IMG/VR virus record: IMGVR_UViG_3300033145_003233
Coordinates: 310,001-374,000 of that record
Length of the DNA: 64,000 bases
Direction: 5' to 3' (one strand)
In this document: in pieces, positions 30,132 through 40,553 of the stretch
Position numbering within the stretch: the first letter of the stretch is position 1
How the letters are laid out: the number at the start of each line of letters is the position of its first letter
Made by a program: the position numbers and the translations under genes
Notes under the pieces: model-generated
Told to the model about the DNA's origin: nothing
The model's database searches: none
Seen by the model: the letters and a program-made list of their open reading frames with translations, nothing else

Positions 30132-31006
30132 TAAATTGCAATCCTATTAAAAAAATCTATATATTTCTTATATATTATCGACCAATCCCATTCCATTACA
30201 CTATTTCTGGCAGCGGCACTCATATAATAATATCTATTTTCTGAGATATCCTTATTATCATTTATGCAACTAATAAAAGATTTTAAATTATCTTCACAGA
30301 GAAAACCACCCACACTATCATTAACTATTTCAGCCATATTGCCAACTCGAGTAGAAATAACGGGAACACCACACGACAATGCTTCTAATCCAGGGTTAGG
30401 AGTCCCCTCAGCGGAGCTAGTTATTAAAAAGAAATCTAACGAATGATAAAAATCTTTCATTTCTTCAACATTCAACAAATCGTTATATTTAGACTTTTTA
30501 TAGGTGGCTACCTCCTTAAAAATAACTCCTGACATTTTCTTTTTCAAAGGCTTCATAATAGAGTGATAATTTTTTACTGCTCTATCCACATTACCCACCC
30601 ATCCCATAACCAATTTTTTACTCCGAGATTTATTCTTAAAAGAAAAATGATCGGTATCCACACCGCTAGGAGTGTAGCACAACCCGTTTACCTTATCTTT
30701 AAATATATTGAAAAGGATAAGACTATTAACAGACACCGCATCGAAAACCTTCAAAACCTGTAAGGTTTTTTTCATATTATTGAGACATTTATGGCTTGTA
30801 ACAGTGGCTACCTTCTTATTGTCGCAAGGTCTTTTCTTATATAACGAGAAATGAGTATAATAAACTAAATCATATTTTTCAGGACAAAATTTATCATTTA
30901 AAGAAATAACATCTATATAATACTCTTTAATATATCTCTTCAATATATGCATAATATTATACAAGCACCATCCCTGCTTATCTGTGACACATAATAATTT
31001 CTTCAT
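30131..31006 (-). CDS. GT4 glycosyltransferase
   Basis: PSGVD, EGTPNPGLEALSCG. Confidence 0.9.
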   Translation of the reverse strand: MKKLLCVTDKQGWCLYNIMHILKRYIKEYYIDVISLNDKFCPEKYDLVYYTHFSLYKKRPCDNKKVATVTSHKCLNNMKKTLQVLKVFDAVSVNSLILFNIFKDKVNGLCYTPSGVDTDHFSFKNKSRSKKLVMGWVGNVDRAVKNYHSIMKPLKKKMSGVIFKEVATYKKSKYNDLLNVEEMKDFYHSLDFFLITSSAEGTPNPGLEALSCGVPVISTRVGNMAEIVNDSVGGFLCEDNLKSFISCINDNKDISENRYYYMSAAARNSVMEWDWSIIYKKYIDFFNRIAI

Positions 31007-31548
31007 TAGTCGATATCTTTCCTAAATAACATAACAATATTACATTTAGATGGAGTTTTGCAGAACTTGCCGCAGAAAATAAGATTATCATATCTAAATA
31101 AATGCCTCAACTGCTCAATAGGAATATATTGTTTATGATGCTTATTACGCAAACATAACTTCTTATTCTCAGGAACAGTAATACAGATAATTCCATTAAT
31201 TTTAACAACCCTTCTTATCTCATCTACTGCTTTCAATATGTCTTTATCATCAAGATGTTCCAACGTCTCAGAACAAATAAAAACATCAGCATAGCAATCA
31301 TCACACGGAAGGTCACAAATACTAGAGATGGCGGCAGTGACACCCCTCTCAACAGCCGCTGAAACACATCCCTTCGATATATCATAACCAGTAACATCTA
31401 AATCAGCGGAACTTAAAATATGAGAACCGTATCCGTCTCCACAAGCACAATCTATTACCTTTGAACCAGCGTTCACCCCATATCTCAAAAGATGTTTAAG
31501 TATGTATTCATATCTTTTATTCCTGGGCTTAGCCATCCCGAACTCCAT
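31006..31548 (-). CDS. Class I SAM methyltransferase
   Basis: VIDCACGDGYG, ETLEHL. Confidence 0.88.
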   Translation of the reverse strand: MEFGMAKPRNKRYEYILKHLLRYGVNAGSKVIDCACGDGYGSHILSSADLDVTGYDISKGCVSAAVERGVTAAISSICDLPCDDCYADVFICSETLEHLDDKDILKAVDEIRRVVKINGIICITVPENKKLCLRNKHHKQYIPIEQLRHLFRYDNLIFCGKFCKTPSKCNIVMLFRKDID

Positions 31549-31603
31549 AATATCTAATAACGATACTCTTTATTATTTTGAATTTTTATTTTTTTACTTT
31601 TTT

Positions 31604-32140
31604 CTATCTTACTTTTTTCTCCAAATTTCTTCTATGTCTTTTATTCCTTCCTTCTATTCGTGAAGATTCTATATCAGAAAATAACCTTTTATACTTAAAA
31701 ACGCTCATATAAATTTCTAATATATTTAGATGCTTTAGAATAGATAACCTGTGCCCTCCATCTACAAGAATCCCGTCTTCTGTAATAATAATTGAAGATC
31801 CATGCTTATGCCTATGTCTGAAATTTTTCCCACTTTCAATTCTTTTTTTTATACCACAATATAATTTTATAAATTTTTCTATTTTTTCTGAAATGATATA
31901 GTTTCCCAATCCTCGTTCTTTAAAATATGTCCAATATTCAGTATCCTTAAAATATTTTTCTTTTTTATCGAATAATGACAACAATTCTTTATGACGACTA
32001 CACTCAAAGCAGAGATCAAGTATATTTAACTTAACGAAATTACGTTTTTCCCTTTTTCTAACAAACCTAATAACATCCGCATACCAAGGACGTATTTTTT
32101 CATATAAAATAGGAATAACAATATACCTTACATTAGCCAT
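31604..32140 (-). CDS. ParB/Srx-fold protein
   Basis: ILVDGGHRLSIL; paralog of 29640-30131. Confidence 0.65.
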   Translation of the reverse strand: MANVRYIVIPILYEKIRPWYADVIRFVRKREKRNFVKLNILDLCFECSRHKELLSLFDKKEKYFKDTEYWTYFKERGLGNYIISEKIEKFIKLYCGIKKRIESGKNFRHRHKHGSSIIITEDGILVDGGHRLSILKHLNILEIYMSVFKYKRLFSDIESSRIEGRNKRHRRNLEKKVR

Positions 32141-32873
32141 CCCAAACTCCTAGATAATTAGCTAACAAAGATTTCTTGTTATAAACATACATCCTAAGCT
32201 TAAAACGATTTTTCTTAACCTCTCTGATTAAATTAACAATATCTTTCGCGGTTTGGTGTTGAGAATTCATATCCTTATTTTTTTCTTTGACAGAATATCT
32301 GGTCTCATTATCATCTAGCCAAAAATATCTTGAATCATATAGATCGAAACCCACAAAGATTATCTTCTTATATCTCATCCAAACAGCAAAATGTAGAGCA
32401 TTAGTCAAAGTATTTTTACCATGATATATACCTCTTTCAAAAATACTCTTTTTTCTCCACAATCCCACACCAGGATTGTTGCCCCTTAACTTCTTATCTT
32501 TAACAACAATGTATTGACTTTTAAACTTTTCCCTATTATCTTTTAAAGAATAATCATAAGCATGAGGAGAATGTTCTGATAAATCATGAAGGATCAAACA
32601 ACTATCTTTATAACTACAATTCATTATGCTATAAAAATTATCTATGTTTTCTTCTCCATGTACCCTCTTTTTTATATTCGCTTGTTCTCTCACTAGGTAG
32701 TAAGTGGTAGGAATATCAGAGAAACAAAACCAATTAAATGAACAAGAATCATAACAGGACAACCTTTCAAATTCATGTTCTTTTAATTTATTTATAGACG
32801 ATCCGCATCCATAAATAATAATAGTTTTTGATTTTTTAAACTCTTTTAATTTATTTTCGTTTATTAAAGGCAT
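32133..32873 (-). CDS. Maf/GT42/GT29-like transferase
   Basis: IIYGCGSSIN, SFNW, YKKIIFVGFDLY. Confidence 0.6.
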   Translation of the reverse strand: MPLINENKLKEFKKSKTIIIYGCGSSINKLKEHEFERLSCYDSCSFNWFCFSDIPTTYYLVREQANIKKRVHGEENIDNFYSIMNCSYKDSCLILHDLSEHSPHAYDYSLKDNREKFKSQYIVVKDKKLRGNNPGVGLWRKKSIFERGIYHGKNTLTNALHFAVWMRYKKIIFVGFDLYDSRYFWLDDNETRYSVKEKNKDMNSQHQTAKDIVNLIREVKKNRFKLRMYVYNKKSLLANYLGVWDG

Positions 32874-33660
32874 CTTTCATTCTCTGCACATATTTTAACC
32901 TACTTTTTCTCATTTTTTCTCTAGTTTTTTCTGAAGGCTTTCTACCCTTATTAGCCTCTGAAATTTTTCTCTTAACTGCTTCTGATCTTGGCCCCCTCTT
33001 AACTCCAGACAGCTTTTCACTCATTTTCTTTTTAGCTTCATCAGTATGCTTATGACCCTTGTGAAAACTAGTCCCTATTTTAGCTTTACTCATCTTTGTT
33101 CTAGATTCCTTACTAACTGAGTGCCCCATCAAAGATCTACTAATCTTCTTTTTTGTCATAGAGGAATGTTTTTTATTATGAGATTGTTTGTCTATATTAT
33201 ATCCAATTTGTCTATCATACGATCTAAAACTGTTTAAATAAAAATCTTCTCTCAATCTTAAAATATTTACATTTACCAGCTCTATGATGAAAAAAGAAAA
33301 ATTATTCTCTCCATACTTTAAAAAAGCATTTTGCAAATGAGGATTAGGATGGTTGTGATTTTTTAATAAAGATATATGACTTTTTTTTCTTTGCCCATAA
33401 TCAACGGTGCTGCCGATATATAGCTTAGAATTAATGATATTTTTTATCCCATAAACACATGATATTCTGCCATAAGGCTCATCAAAAACTCCAGTAATTA
33501 ATATATTTTCTATTTTTTCCAAAGAATATCTTCGATGCCCACCTGATGTGATCAAATCAGCTTTCAACCTACCAGTTTTATGCCACTCAGATATAGTGCG
33601 AGAACTTACTCCGAACATTTTAGCCAAATCACCTGATCTTATCATATCCCCTTTATTCAT
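32851..33660 (-). CDS. Free-standing GIY-YIG homing endonuclease with N-terminal MerR-type HTH and NUMOD3 repeats
   Basis: AKMFGVSSRTI..W...T.GGHRRY; VYGIKN....KLYIGS; LQNAF.KYG..NF; repeated HS/HT..xK.K.S motifs. Confidence 0.88.
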   Translation of the reverse strand: MNKGDMIRSGDLAKMFGVSSRTISEWHKTGRLKADLITSGGHRRYSLEKIENILITGVFDEPYGRISCVYGIKNIINSKLYIGSTVDYGQRKKSHISLLKNHNHPNPHLQNAFLKYGENNFSFFIIELVNVNILRLREDFYLNSFRSYDRQIGYNIDKQSHNKKHSSMTKKKISRSLMGHSVSKESRTKMSKAKIGTSFHKGHKHTDEAKKKMSEKLSGVKRGPRSEAVKRKISEANKGRKPSEKTREKMRKSRLKYVQRMKDAFNKRK

Positions 33661-33791
33661 AATATTTTCTTATATTTTACTTTTTTTTATTAACTCCTTG
33701 TTATTATTTAAATTTAAATTAATTCCTATTTCTCTAAAATTTAACTAATTTAATATAATATCATCACAGAAAAATAATATGATATGGACAT

Positions 33792-33834
33792 AAAAAAAAA
33801 CATATCATTATTGAAACTTTTCAATAATGATATG
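33792..33834 (-). terminator. Intrinsic terminator
   Basis: Perfect inverted repeat CATATCATTATTGAAA-CT-TTTCAATAATGATATG (33801-33834) followed by T9 on the minus strand. Confidence 0.7.
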
Positions 33835-33873
33835 TTAAAGCCAAACTCTTAAATATTTTAAACACTTATCCCA

Positions 33874-34593
33874 TTAATGTTCCCATCCTTTTATATGATG
33901 ATCTTGTCTTAATGTGTCAAAAACTTCCGGAAATAATTTAGCACATATCCCACCCATCTTCTCAAAATTATTCATTAAGACACGTTCTCTAGGATTGCCC
34001 CCATTATACTTTATAAAATCAGGAATAATAGATGATCGTATCAAAGCAGGATTGAAACCCGCGTGATAATTACATTTAGATAAACGATATCCTTCAAATG
34101 TTTCTTCTTTTTCATATCTTATCTTCTCTCCCGTAATTATATTCTTCTTCTTATCCTTTTTTTTATTCAATCTTATGTAACACACACCCCTATTATTATC
34201 CATATAGTTCTCTAGTGCACTGAATGGAATACGCTTAGTACAAGGAAAATCATTTTGTAGATTAAGAACGAAATCATAACCCATATTCATTCCTTCCATC
34301 CATGCCTTAGTAGAAGCTCTGAATATGCCCTCATTTGTTTTGTTTTTTATGATTCTATAGCCATGCTCTTCAAGGAAACCCACTGTTCCATCTTCTGAGC
34401 CATTGTCAACAAACAAAAAGTCCAATTCTTTTCCGTTATGTTTGTATAATGTATTAAGGGTATGCCGGGTTTTTTTAAGCCTATTCCATGTCAGAATGAC
34501 AATTAAAGTCCTATTCACATTAACCCCATCTTCCTTTTTGATATTTCCTGTAATCTTTTTCGCATTCTTGGATTTCCAATCCCCTCTCTTCAT
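33874..34593 (-). CDS. GT2 glycosyltransferase
   Basis: LTWNR, VDNGSEDGT, LQND. True start probably GTG at 34518. Confidence 0.85.
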   Translation of the reverse strand: MKRGDWKSKNAKKITGNIKKEDGVNVNRTLIVILTWNRLKKTRHTLNTLYKHNGKELDFLFVDNGSEDGTVGFLEEHGYRIIKNKTNEGIFRASTKAWMEGMNMGYDFVLNLQNDFPCTKRIPFSALENYMDNNRGVCYIRLNKKKDKKKNIITGEKIRYEKEETFEGYRLSKCNYHAGFNPALIRSSIIPDFIKYNGGNPRERVLMNNFEKMGGICAKLFPEVFDTLRQDHHIKGWEH

Positions 34594-35311
34594 TCATTCT
34601 CTCATAGATATTTAAAAATTCCCTTATCTCTGCAAATTCATTAGGAAGAAGAGCAAATTTATTATCTCTACCTGGAAGGCCATGATCTATCGTGAAATGT
34701 TTTTCTATAACAGTAGCCCCGTAACAAATAGCTACAATGGCATCATACACTCCAGACAAATGTCCACTATAGCCAACCCTATCTGTTAATGTTTGTAAAA
34801 ATCTAAATTTATTAAAATTAATACTATCATAATCACAAGGATAGGAAGAGACACAATGTAACAACGTAACATTAGAGTATTCCGCCCATTTGAGATATTC
34901 ATCTGGATAGGAAGCTCCAGTAGACAAATAAACTTCTTCAAATTCATCCACAGATTTTCTCATTAGCTCATAATCATATGCTTCTGGACTAGGTATTTTA
35001 ATCTCATTTGTGAATTTTTTTATTAAATCTATATCATCCACACAGAAACAAGAAGTCAGAAATTTAATGCCTATCTGATCACAAAAATCTTTTACTATTT
35101 GATGTTTCTTTTCAGTTAACTCGGCTTTCTCGTAAATTTTTCTCCTGCCATCCTCATCCCACGGACCTTTTCTTAATCTTTCTACCTTCCATGTTTGAAA
35201 TTTAGCATAATCTGCTCCAGCTTCCTTAGCAGCATGAATCATTTTCTTAGCTATCTCCATATCACCCATATGATTCCAGCCTAGTTCAGCTATTAATTTA
35301 ACTTTTTTCAT
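34520..35311 (-). CDS. neuB: NeuB-family ulosonic acid synthase, short form lacking the SAF/antifreeze domain
   Basis: IAELGWNHMGD, KFQ, KIPS, LHCVSSYP, IEKHFT. Confidence 0.88.
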   Translation of the reverse strand: MKKVKLIAELGWNHMGDMEIAKKMIHAAKEAGADYAKFQTWKVERLRKGPWDEDGRRKIYEKAELTEKKHQIVKDFCDQIGIKFLTSCFCVDDIDLIKKFTNEIKIPSPEAYDYELMRKSVDEFEEVYLSTGASYPDEYLKWAEYSNVTLLHCVSSYPCDYDSINFNKFRFLQTLTDRVGYSGHLSGVYDAIVAICYGATVIEKHFTIDHGLPGRDNKFALLPNEFAEIREFLNIYERMNEERGLEIQECEKDYRKYQKGRWG

Positions 35312-35322
35312 ATTTTCTCCCT

Positions 35323-36018
35323 TTAGTTCCTAATTTTTTCTTTAAATTTATTTATAGCATCGCCCAGCAAAGGATAAAATACTTCTTTCCTTTGTTTCTT
35401 ACTCAATGTTCTATGTCCCTTAGGATAATGAGACAGTAGCTCCCTTTCTGTGGTATAATGGTATCTCCCAATTTTTCTTGCTAATTCTGATATCCACCTA
35501 TCAACATTGGGAACGGGAGCTACACACCCAAGAACATCACACCACTCTCTAGTAACTATATTAATACCACATATTTGTTTATATCCCTTTCCATTATCCA
35601 TCGGAACAGCTATATTGAATATATTATCTTTATACATCTTCTTATCTAAAATTTTCAGAATAGATCTTCTCCAATCTCCACGAATTATTCTACAGTCAGG
35701 ACCTATGGCCCATATTAATTCACCTGATGAAATACCATATAGATTATTATAAGCTATGTGATTAGATAATATCCTATTAAGAGGTGGATAAATAAGTATC
35801 TTATATTTAAAAATACTATTGTCTAAAATTTTGAAATATTTCTCTATATCAGTATGATCATCTGTTTTAAGAAGTATCTCAACATCATCAAATGTATTAG
35901 ATGAAGATAATAGGGTATCGCACATCAACTCAAATTGATTGTAGTCCTTACAAGAAACCAGCAGGCTTACTCTAACACCTGTATAGGGATCAGCTATTAT
36001 TTCTTTTATATTTTCCAC
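35323..36018 (-). CDS. GT2-like glycosyltransferase
   Basis: GT-A-like pattern (EILLKTD.., SGELIW, IVTREW, VDRW); divergent. Confidence 0.55.
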   Translation of the reverse strand: MENIKEIIADPYTGVRVSLLVSCKDYNQFELMCDTLLSSSNTFDDVEILLKTDDHTDIEKYFKILDNSIFKYKILIYPPLNRILSNHIAYNNLYGISSGELIWAIGPDCRIIRGDWRRSILKILDKKMYKDNIFNIAVPMDNGKGYKQICGINIVTREWCDVLGCVAPVPNVDRWISELARKIGRYHYTTERELLSHYPKGHRTLSKKQRKEVFYPLLGDAINKFKEKIRN

Positions 36019-36020
36019 CT

Positions 36021-36626
36021 TTAACTTCCTTTTCTCCTTCTTCGTAAAAGTCTTATAATATAATTTCTATTCCCCTTACTTCTTTTTTTATACATATAAT
36101 TATATTTCGGATCTAACACCCTGTAATCATGAACCCATTTCCGCTTTTCCCCCTTCATAGTCCCCACAGAAGTTTCTCTTAAAAGAATATATTCTGGTTT
36201 CCATTTATCTCTTAATGCATCTAGAACAAAAGAAGCACAATTGGGAGGCAAATGCATTAAATGATCAGAAGAAATAAATAAATCAACCTTATGAGTTTCT
36301 TTTCCAAACAAGAGAAAAGTATCTTTTTCTATAAAGACAATCTTCTCTTTCAAAATATCTTCCATATAACGAAAACATTCTTTTTTTACAAGGTCATTCC
36401 CGAAATATTGCATGTTATAACCAGTTTTTTCTATACAAGATAAGTTTCTTCCGCAACCGCACCCAGCTTCAAATATTTTCATACCATTAGATAAAATTTT
36501 ATTCTTCTTGAGAATACTCACTAATTCCAATGAATTTTTTTTCAATTTTTTCGACATGGATATATGCTTTTGATAATTCTTTTTTAAATTTTGTTTAAGC
36601 CAGTTATTTAAAATCTTTTTTTTCAT
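36021..36626 (-). CDS. Class I SAM methyltransferase
   Basis: IFEAGCGCGRNL, GND, LMHL. Confidence 0.8.
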   Translation of the reverse strand: MKKKILNNWLKQNLKKNYQKHISMSKKLKKNSLELVSILKKNKILSNGMKIFEAGCGCGRNLSCIEKTGYNMQYFGNDLVKKECFRYMEDILKEKIVFIEKDTFLLFGKETHKVDLFISSDHLMHLPPNCASFVLDALRDKWKPEYILLRETSVGTMKGEKRKWVHDYRVLDPKYNYMYKKRSKGNRNYIIRLLRRRRKGS

Positions 36627-36644
36627 TATCTTTGATCCGTTTTT

Positions 36645-37331
36645 CTAAAGTTTTTTATTTTTCCAAATTTCATTTATATTGTGTGTCTTTACCACACAGC
36701 GAAATCCCATCTTTTTGAGAAAAGGCGCGATCTTCTTCGAAGAGTCAAAATAACTATTTTTCTCAAAATGAATATATCTCACATAAGGCAACACATCCCT
36801 ACTATCCTCGAGAATATCAATCTCCCTACCCTCAACATCTATCTTTATAAGATCGATATTAGTTATACTACGTGTTTTAACAAAATCTGCTAACCTGATT
36901 ACCTTACAAGTTATTTCCTTGCTCAATTTCTTCTTCCCGACTTTAATAGTATATAAACCATTATTCCCCTCGCGCTTGCGGCCAGGAGGTATCCCCATAA
37001 TTACATCTCCCTCCTTACTATCAAAACCTAAATTAAAAGGCTCAATAAATTTTTCAAAATTATTAAGTTTTATGTTTTTAACAAGAATTTCATAATTAAC
37101 TGGAACGGGTTCAAAAGCATATATCTTTATATTATTACTCCTAAATCTTTTAGCAAACAATAAAGAATATACCCCAATAAAGGCCCCTATATCCAAAACC
37201 ATGCTGGTGCTTTTGCCCGTAATCTTCCTTATACTCCTCATTTCTTTCTCAGTCTTCCATAAGGTGCGGTTAAGAGGATGCTGAACTAATTTTATTTTAC
37301 TTCTTTTCAATCTCTCCCCCACGAACTTCAT
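36645..37331 (-). CDS. FkbM-family methyltransferase
   Basis: LDIGAFIG, YAFEP, IKIDVEGRE. Confidence 0.9.
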   Translation of the reverse strand: MKFVGERLKRSKIKLVQHPLNRTLWKTEKEMRSIRKITGKSTSMVLDIGAFIGVYSLLFAKRFRSNNIKIYAFEPVPVNYEILVKNIKLNNFEKFIEPFNLGFDSKEGDVIMGIPPGRKREGNNGLYTIKVGKKKLSKEITCKVIRLADFVKTRSITNIDLIKIDVEGREIDILEDSRDVLPYVRYIHFEKNSYFDSSKKIAPFLKKMGFRCVVKTHNINEIWKNKKL

Positions 37332-38010
37332 TGCTCAAAAGCAATCTAGCGCATTCTAAATCTATAGGCTCATCTATATTTATACTTCGCTCTTCCGACA
37401 TAATATATGGCCTAATCAAACCACTCAATCTAATCCCAGTTTCTAGTAATCTATCCATAGAAGTAATATAAATAGATCCATTTCTAACATATGCAAATGG
37501 AGTTAAATCTTGCCTTCTAGTTTCGGGGGTTTCTGGGAAAAAGTCATAAAGCTGGTCTCCTTGTATAAACTTCACTCTAGATGGGTGATGATCCCATATC
37601 CTAACAACCGAGACTACAGAATCAGCATCAGTAGAATCTATTTTTTCGATACAACCATCAATATCTTCAACTGTTTTTAATGGATTAGTACACATTATTT
37701 CAACAATATAATAATATTCTTCGTCAAGGCTCTTGACCAATTCAATAATAGCATCAGAAGATTTGGCAGTGTCAGAAGCATATTTTTTACCCCGATAAAA
37801 ATACCAAACACCCAACTCTAAACAAACATTAATTATTTCCTGATCATCAGTAGAAACAATATATGTATCTATATACTTACTTTTTTTAACTTCATCAGTT
37901 GTATACTGTAATAACGGTTTTCCACCGATATCAGCTATATTTTTTTTCTTTATTTTAGTAGAGCCACCCCTGGCCAAAGTAATAGCAATTACTTTTTTAC
38001 CATTAATCAT
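37297..38010 (-). CDS. neuA: CMP-N-acylneuraminate synthetase
   Basis: ARGGSTKIKKKN, VSTD, TNPL, NGSIY, SINIDEPID. Confidence 0.9.
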   Translation of the reverse strand: MINGKKVIAITLARGGSTKIKKKNIADIGGKPLLQYTTDEVKKSKYIDTYIVSTDDQEIINVCLELGVWYFYRGKKYASDTAKSSDAIIELVKSLDEEYYYIVEIMCTNPLKTVEDIDGCIEKIDSTDADSVVSVVRIWDHHPSRVKFIQGDQLYDFFPETPETRRQDLTPFAYVRNGSIYITSMDRLLETGIRLSGLIRPYIMSEERSINIDEPIDLECARLLLSNEVRGGEIEKK

Positions 38011-38977
38011 TTTTATCCCCTATGTACTTTTTTAATTTATCTATAGAATTAAGATAAGCTATTTCCTGTGCTTCTTTAGTCATACCTGCTATGTGGGGGC
38101 TAATAATGATATTCAAACCATTATTCATAGCATCTATTAATGGACTATCCTTTATATCATCACTTAACTCATTAGATATTACATCGGTAGCATAACCCAT
38201 TAATTTCCGATTTCTGATGGCATCTATAACCTCTACCTCATTAACCACATCCCCCCTAGACGTATTAACCAAATAAGGAATCTTCTTCATTTTGGATATC
38301 GCATTTTTATTTATCATATGATATGTTTCTTGGTTTAGATGAACATGCAAAACTATTACATCTGATTTTTCTAACAACTCATCTAGTTCCACTTTAACAT
38401 ACCCACTCACATCCTTATACGGATCTGTAATTAATATTTCTTTAAAGAATGGAGAACAAAATCTAGCATAATGCTCTCCCAATCTACCATATCCTATTAT
38501 ACCAACTGTGAGATGATCTAATTGTCTTCCTATATATTTTTCATAATCCCACTCATATTTATGAACTCCCATAATTGCACTAGGAAGATTCCTGATAAGA
38601 GACAACATCAAAGTAAATGCCATCTCTGCGGTAGAAGTTATTTTTTTTATTATGTCATAATCTTTAGTTAAGGATAATACAACCATGTTATTATTTCTAC
38701 AATATGCCATATCTATATGATTTGTTCCCGTAGAAGCAGTACTAATTATTTTTACAGAACTACCACATAATAACTCTTTATCAATTCTAAAAGTTTGCTT
38801 GTTAGGATTGGTAAAAATAATATTTATATTCTCTGATAGTAGTCTATCTCTAAGAGATGATTTATCTATATCCGGAAAATAATAGGTTTCTCCACATTTT
38901 CCTAGTTTGTCAGATGCTCCATCAATATGCTTAATAGGTGTAATGCAAATTATTTTTTCATTCATTATGTGCCCCAT
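38003..38977 (-). CDS. D-isomer-specific 2-hydroxyacid dehydrogenase
   Basis: GYGRLG, NTSRG, YATDV, SPHIAG. Confidence 0.88.
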   Translation of the reverse strand: MGHIMNEKIICITPIKHIDGASDKLGKCGETYYFPDIDKSSLRDRLLSENINIIFTNPNKQTFRIDKELLCGSSVKIISTASTGTNHIDMAYCRNNNMVVLSLTKDYDIIKKITSTAEMAFTLMLSLIRNLPSAIMGVHKYEWDYEKYIGRQLDHLTVGIIGYGRLGEHYARFCSPFFKEILITDPYKDVSGYVKVELDELLEKSDVIVLHVHLNQETYHMINKNAISKMKKIPYLVNTSRGDVVNEVEVIDAIRNRKLMGYATDVISNELSDDIKDSPLIDAMNNGLNIIISPHIAGMTKEAQEIAYLNSIDKLKKYIGDKND

Positions 38978-38984
38978 TAAATCA

Positions 38985-39002
38985 CGATATATCTATATAT
39001 CG
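38985..39002. promoter_or_regulatory. Palindrome in the only divergent intergenic gap
   Basis: CGATATAT-CT-ATATATCG lies between the divergent starts at 38977 and 39026. Confidence 0.45.
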
Positions 39003-39025
39003 ACAAATATTCAAGAGGCCTTTAA

Positions 39026-39940
39026 ATGAGAAGAAAGTTTTTATATATAACTAGAAGCAGCAAAAAAGCTAGCATAACATCTATCTTCTTACAGGTACTA
39101 GATAATCTCAGTAAATGTGAAAAAGAGAATTTAATCCCTATTGTCAGTCTTAAAAATACTAATTTATTATGTTATGATTCTAGATATGGAGACAACTTAT
39201 GGGAATACTACTTTGAACCAGTATCTCCTTTCTCAGATGAGATTTTAAGCGAAAAAGATAAAAAAAACAAAAAAATTAGATCATCATTCATGTCAAAACC
39301 ACAACATTTAAATTATCTTCTAGGAATAGCAGGAAAAGAACACTCTTATACATCAAAATTTAAAAATAGAGTTCCACCTGAATTTGATCTTTCCCACAGA
39401 AACCATTTTAAAAAAATAATAGACAAATATATAAAAATAAAACCATACATTTTAGAAGAAGAAAATGATTTCTATAATAAATACATGAAAAATAAAAAAA
39501 TCACCGGAGTATTTGTTAGAGGAACTAACAAGTTTAATAAAAAATCTGGAGGAACAACTTTTAAAAAAAGAAAAAAATTAACGATAAAAGACTATATGAT
39601 TACATGCAAAGAAGAAATGAATAGAACCGGAACAGATTACATATATTTAGCATCAGATAGCCATGAATCTGTGGAAATATTCAAAAAAGAATTCAATAAT
39701 AATCTTATATATCAAAAAAATAACATAAGATACAAATATCATTCTTCTGATATAGATCCTCCTTGGGGAGATCCTGATTTTGGACCAATGAAAGGAAAAA
39801 CCAAAGGAGATTTGGGCAAAGAAAATATAATAGAAACCCTATGTTTGTCAAAATGCAAATCACTAATTCATACAGAAACTAATATAGCAATTGCAGCTAT
39901 GCTATATAATCCTAATCTTGAAAATAAATTTATATCATAA
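39026..39940 (+). CDS. NodZ/GT23-like fucosyltransferase-fold glycosyltransferase
   Basis: NLWEYYFEP, GVFVRGTNK, IYLASDS, LSKCKSLI...TN. Confidence 0.75.
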   Translation: MRRKFLYITRSSKKASITSIFLQVLDNLSKCEKENLIPIVSLKNTNLLCYDSRYGDNLWEYYFEPVSPFSDEILSEKDKKNKKIRSSFMSKPQHLNYLLGIAGKEHSYTSKFKNRVPPEFDLSHRNHFKKIIDKYIKIKPYILEEENDFYNKYMKNKKITGVFVRGTNKFNKKSGGTTFKKRKKLTIKDYMITCKEEMNRTGTDYIYLASDSHESVEIFKKEFNNNLIYQKNNIRYKYHSSDIDPPWGDPDFGPMKGKTKGDLGKENIIETLCLSKCKSLIHTETNIAIAAMLYNPNLENKFIS

Positions 39941-39953
39941 TAAAGGAGATCTC

Positions 39954-40553
39954 ATGAAAAATCAACTATTGAAAAATTTATTAAACCTATCAAAAATAGA
40001 GAGTGATATAAATGAGCACTTACCCCTCATGACCATTCTTTGCACATTAATGAAGCCTAAAACCATAGTAGAATTAGGAGTTAGAGCAGGAGTGTCAACT
40101 CAAGCCTTCTTAGCTTACGTAGAAGCAAACAATGATTCAAGACTATACAGCTATGACATTAGAGACGTTTGTTCAGAAAGCTATTATAAAAATTGTGGAA
40201 TACTAGAAAGATTTCCGAAAGCTAAAAATTTTGATTTCTGGAATTTCGAAATAGGGGACAGCCTGAAGGTCCATAATAAATGGGAAGATAATTCTATAGA
40301 TATCTTATTTATAGACACTAAACACAAACCAGAACAACTAAGACTAGAGCTAGAATCATGGCATAAAAAAGTAAAATCTAATGGCATAATAATTATGCAT
40401 GATGTCGTCCTGAAAAAAGCAAAATTAAAAATAGGAATAACCCAATTTCAAGAAAAACATCCTTCTTTTAAATATATGGAATGTGATTATAATTATGGGT
40501 TAGGAATATTATATCAACCTATTGAATGGATAGAAACTCTTCTAAAAAATTAA
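39954..40553 (+). CDS. Class I SAM methyltransferase (Methyltransf_24-like)
   Basis: VELGVRAGVST, LFIDT.H, MHD. AAGGAG RBS precedes the ATG at 39954 (ORF track starts at 39891). Confidence 0.85.
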   Translation: MKNQLLKNLLNLSKIESDINEHLPLMTILCTLMKPKTIVELGVRAGVSTQAFLAYVEANNDSRLYSYDIRDVCSESYYKNCGILERFPKAKNFDFWNFEIGDSLKVHNKWEDNSIDILFIDTKHKPEQLRLELESWHKKVKSNGIIIMHDVVLKKAKLKIGITQFQEKHPSFKYMECDYNYGLGILYQPIEWIETLLKN

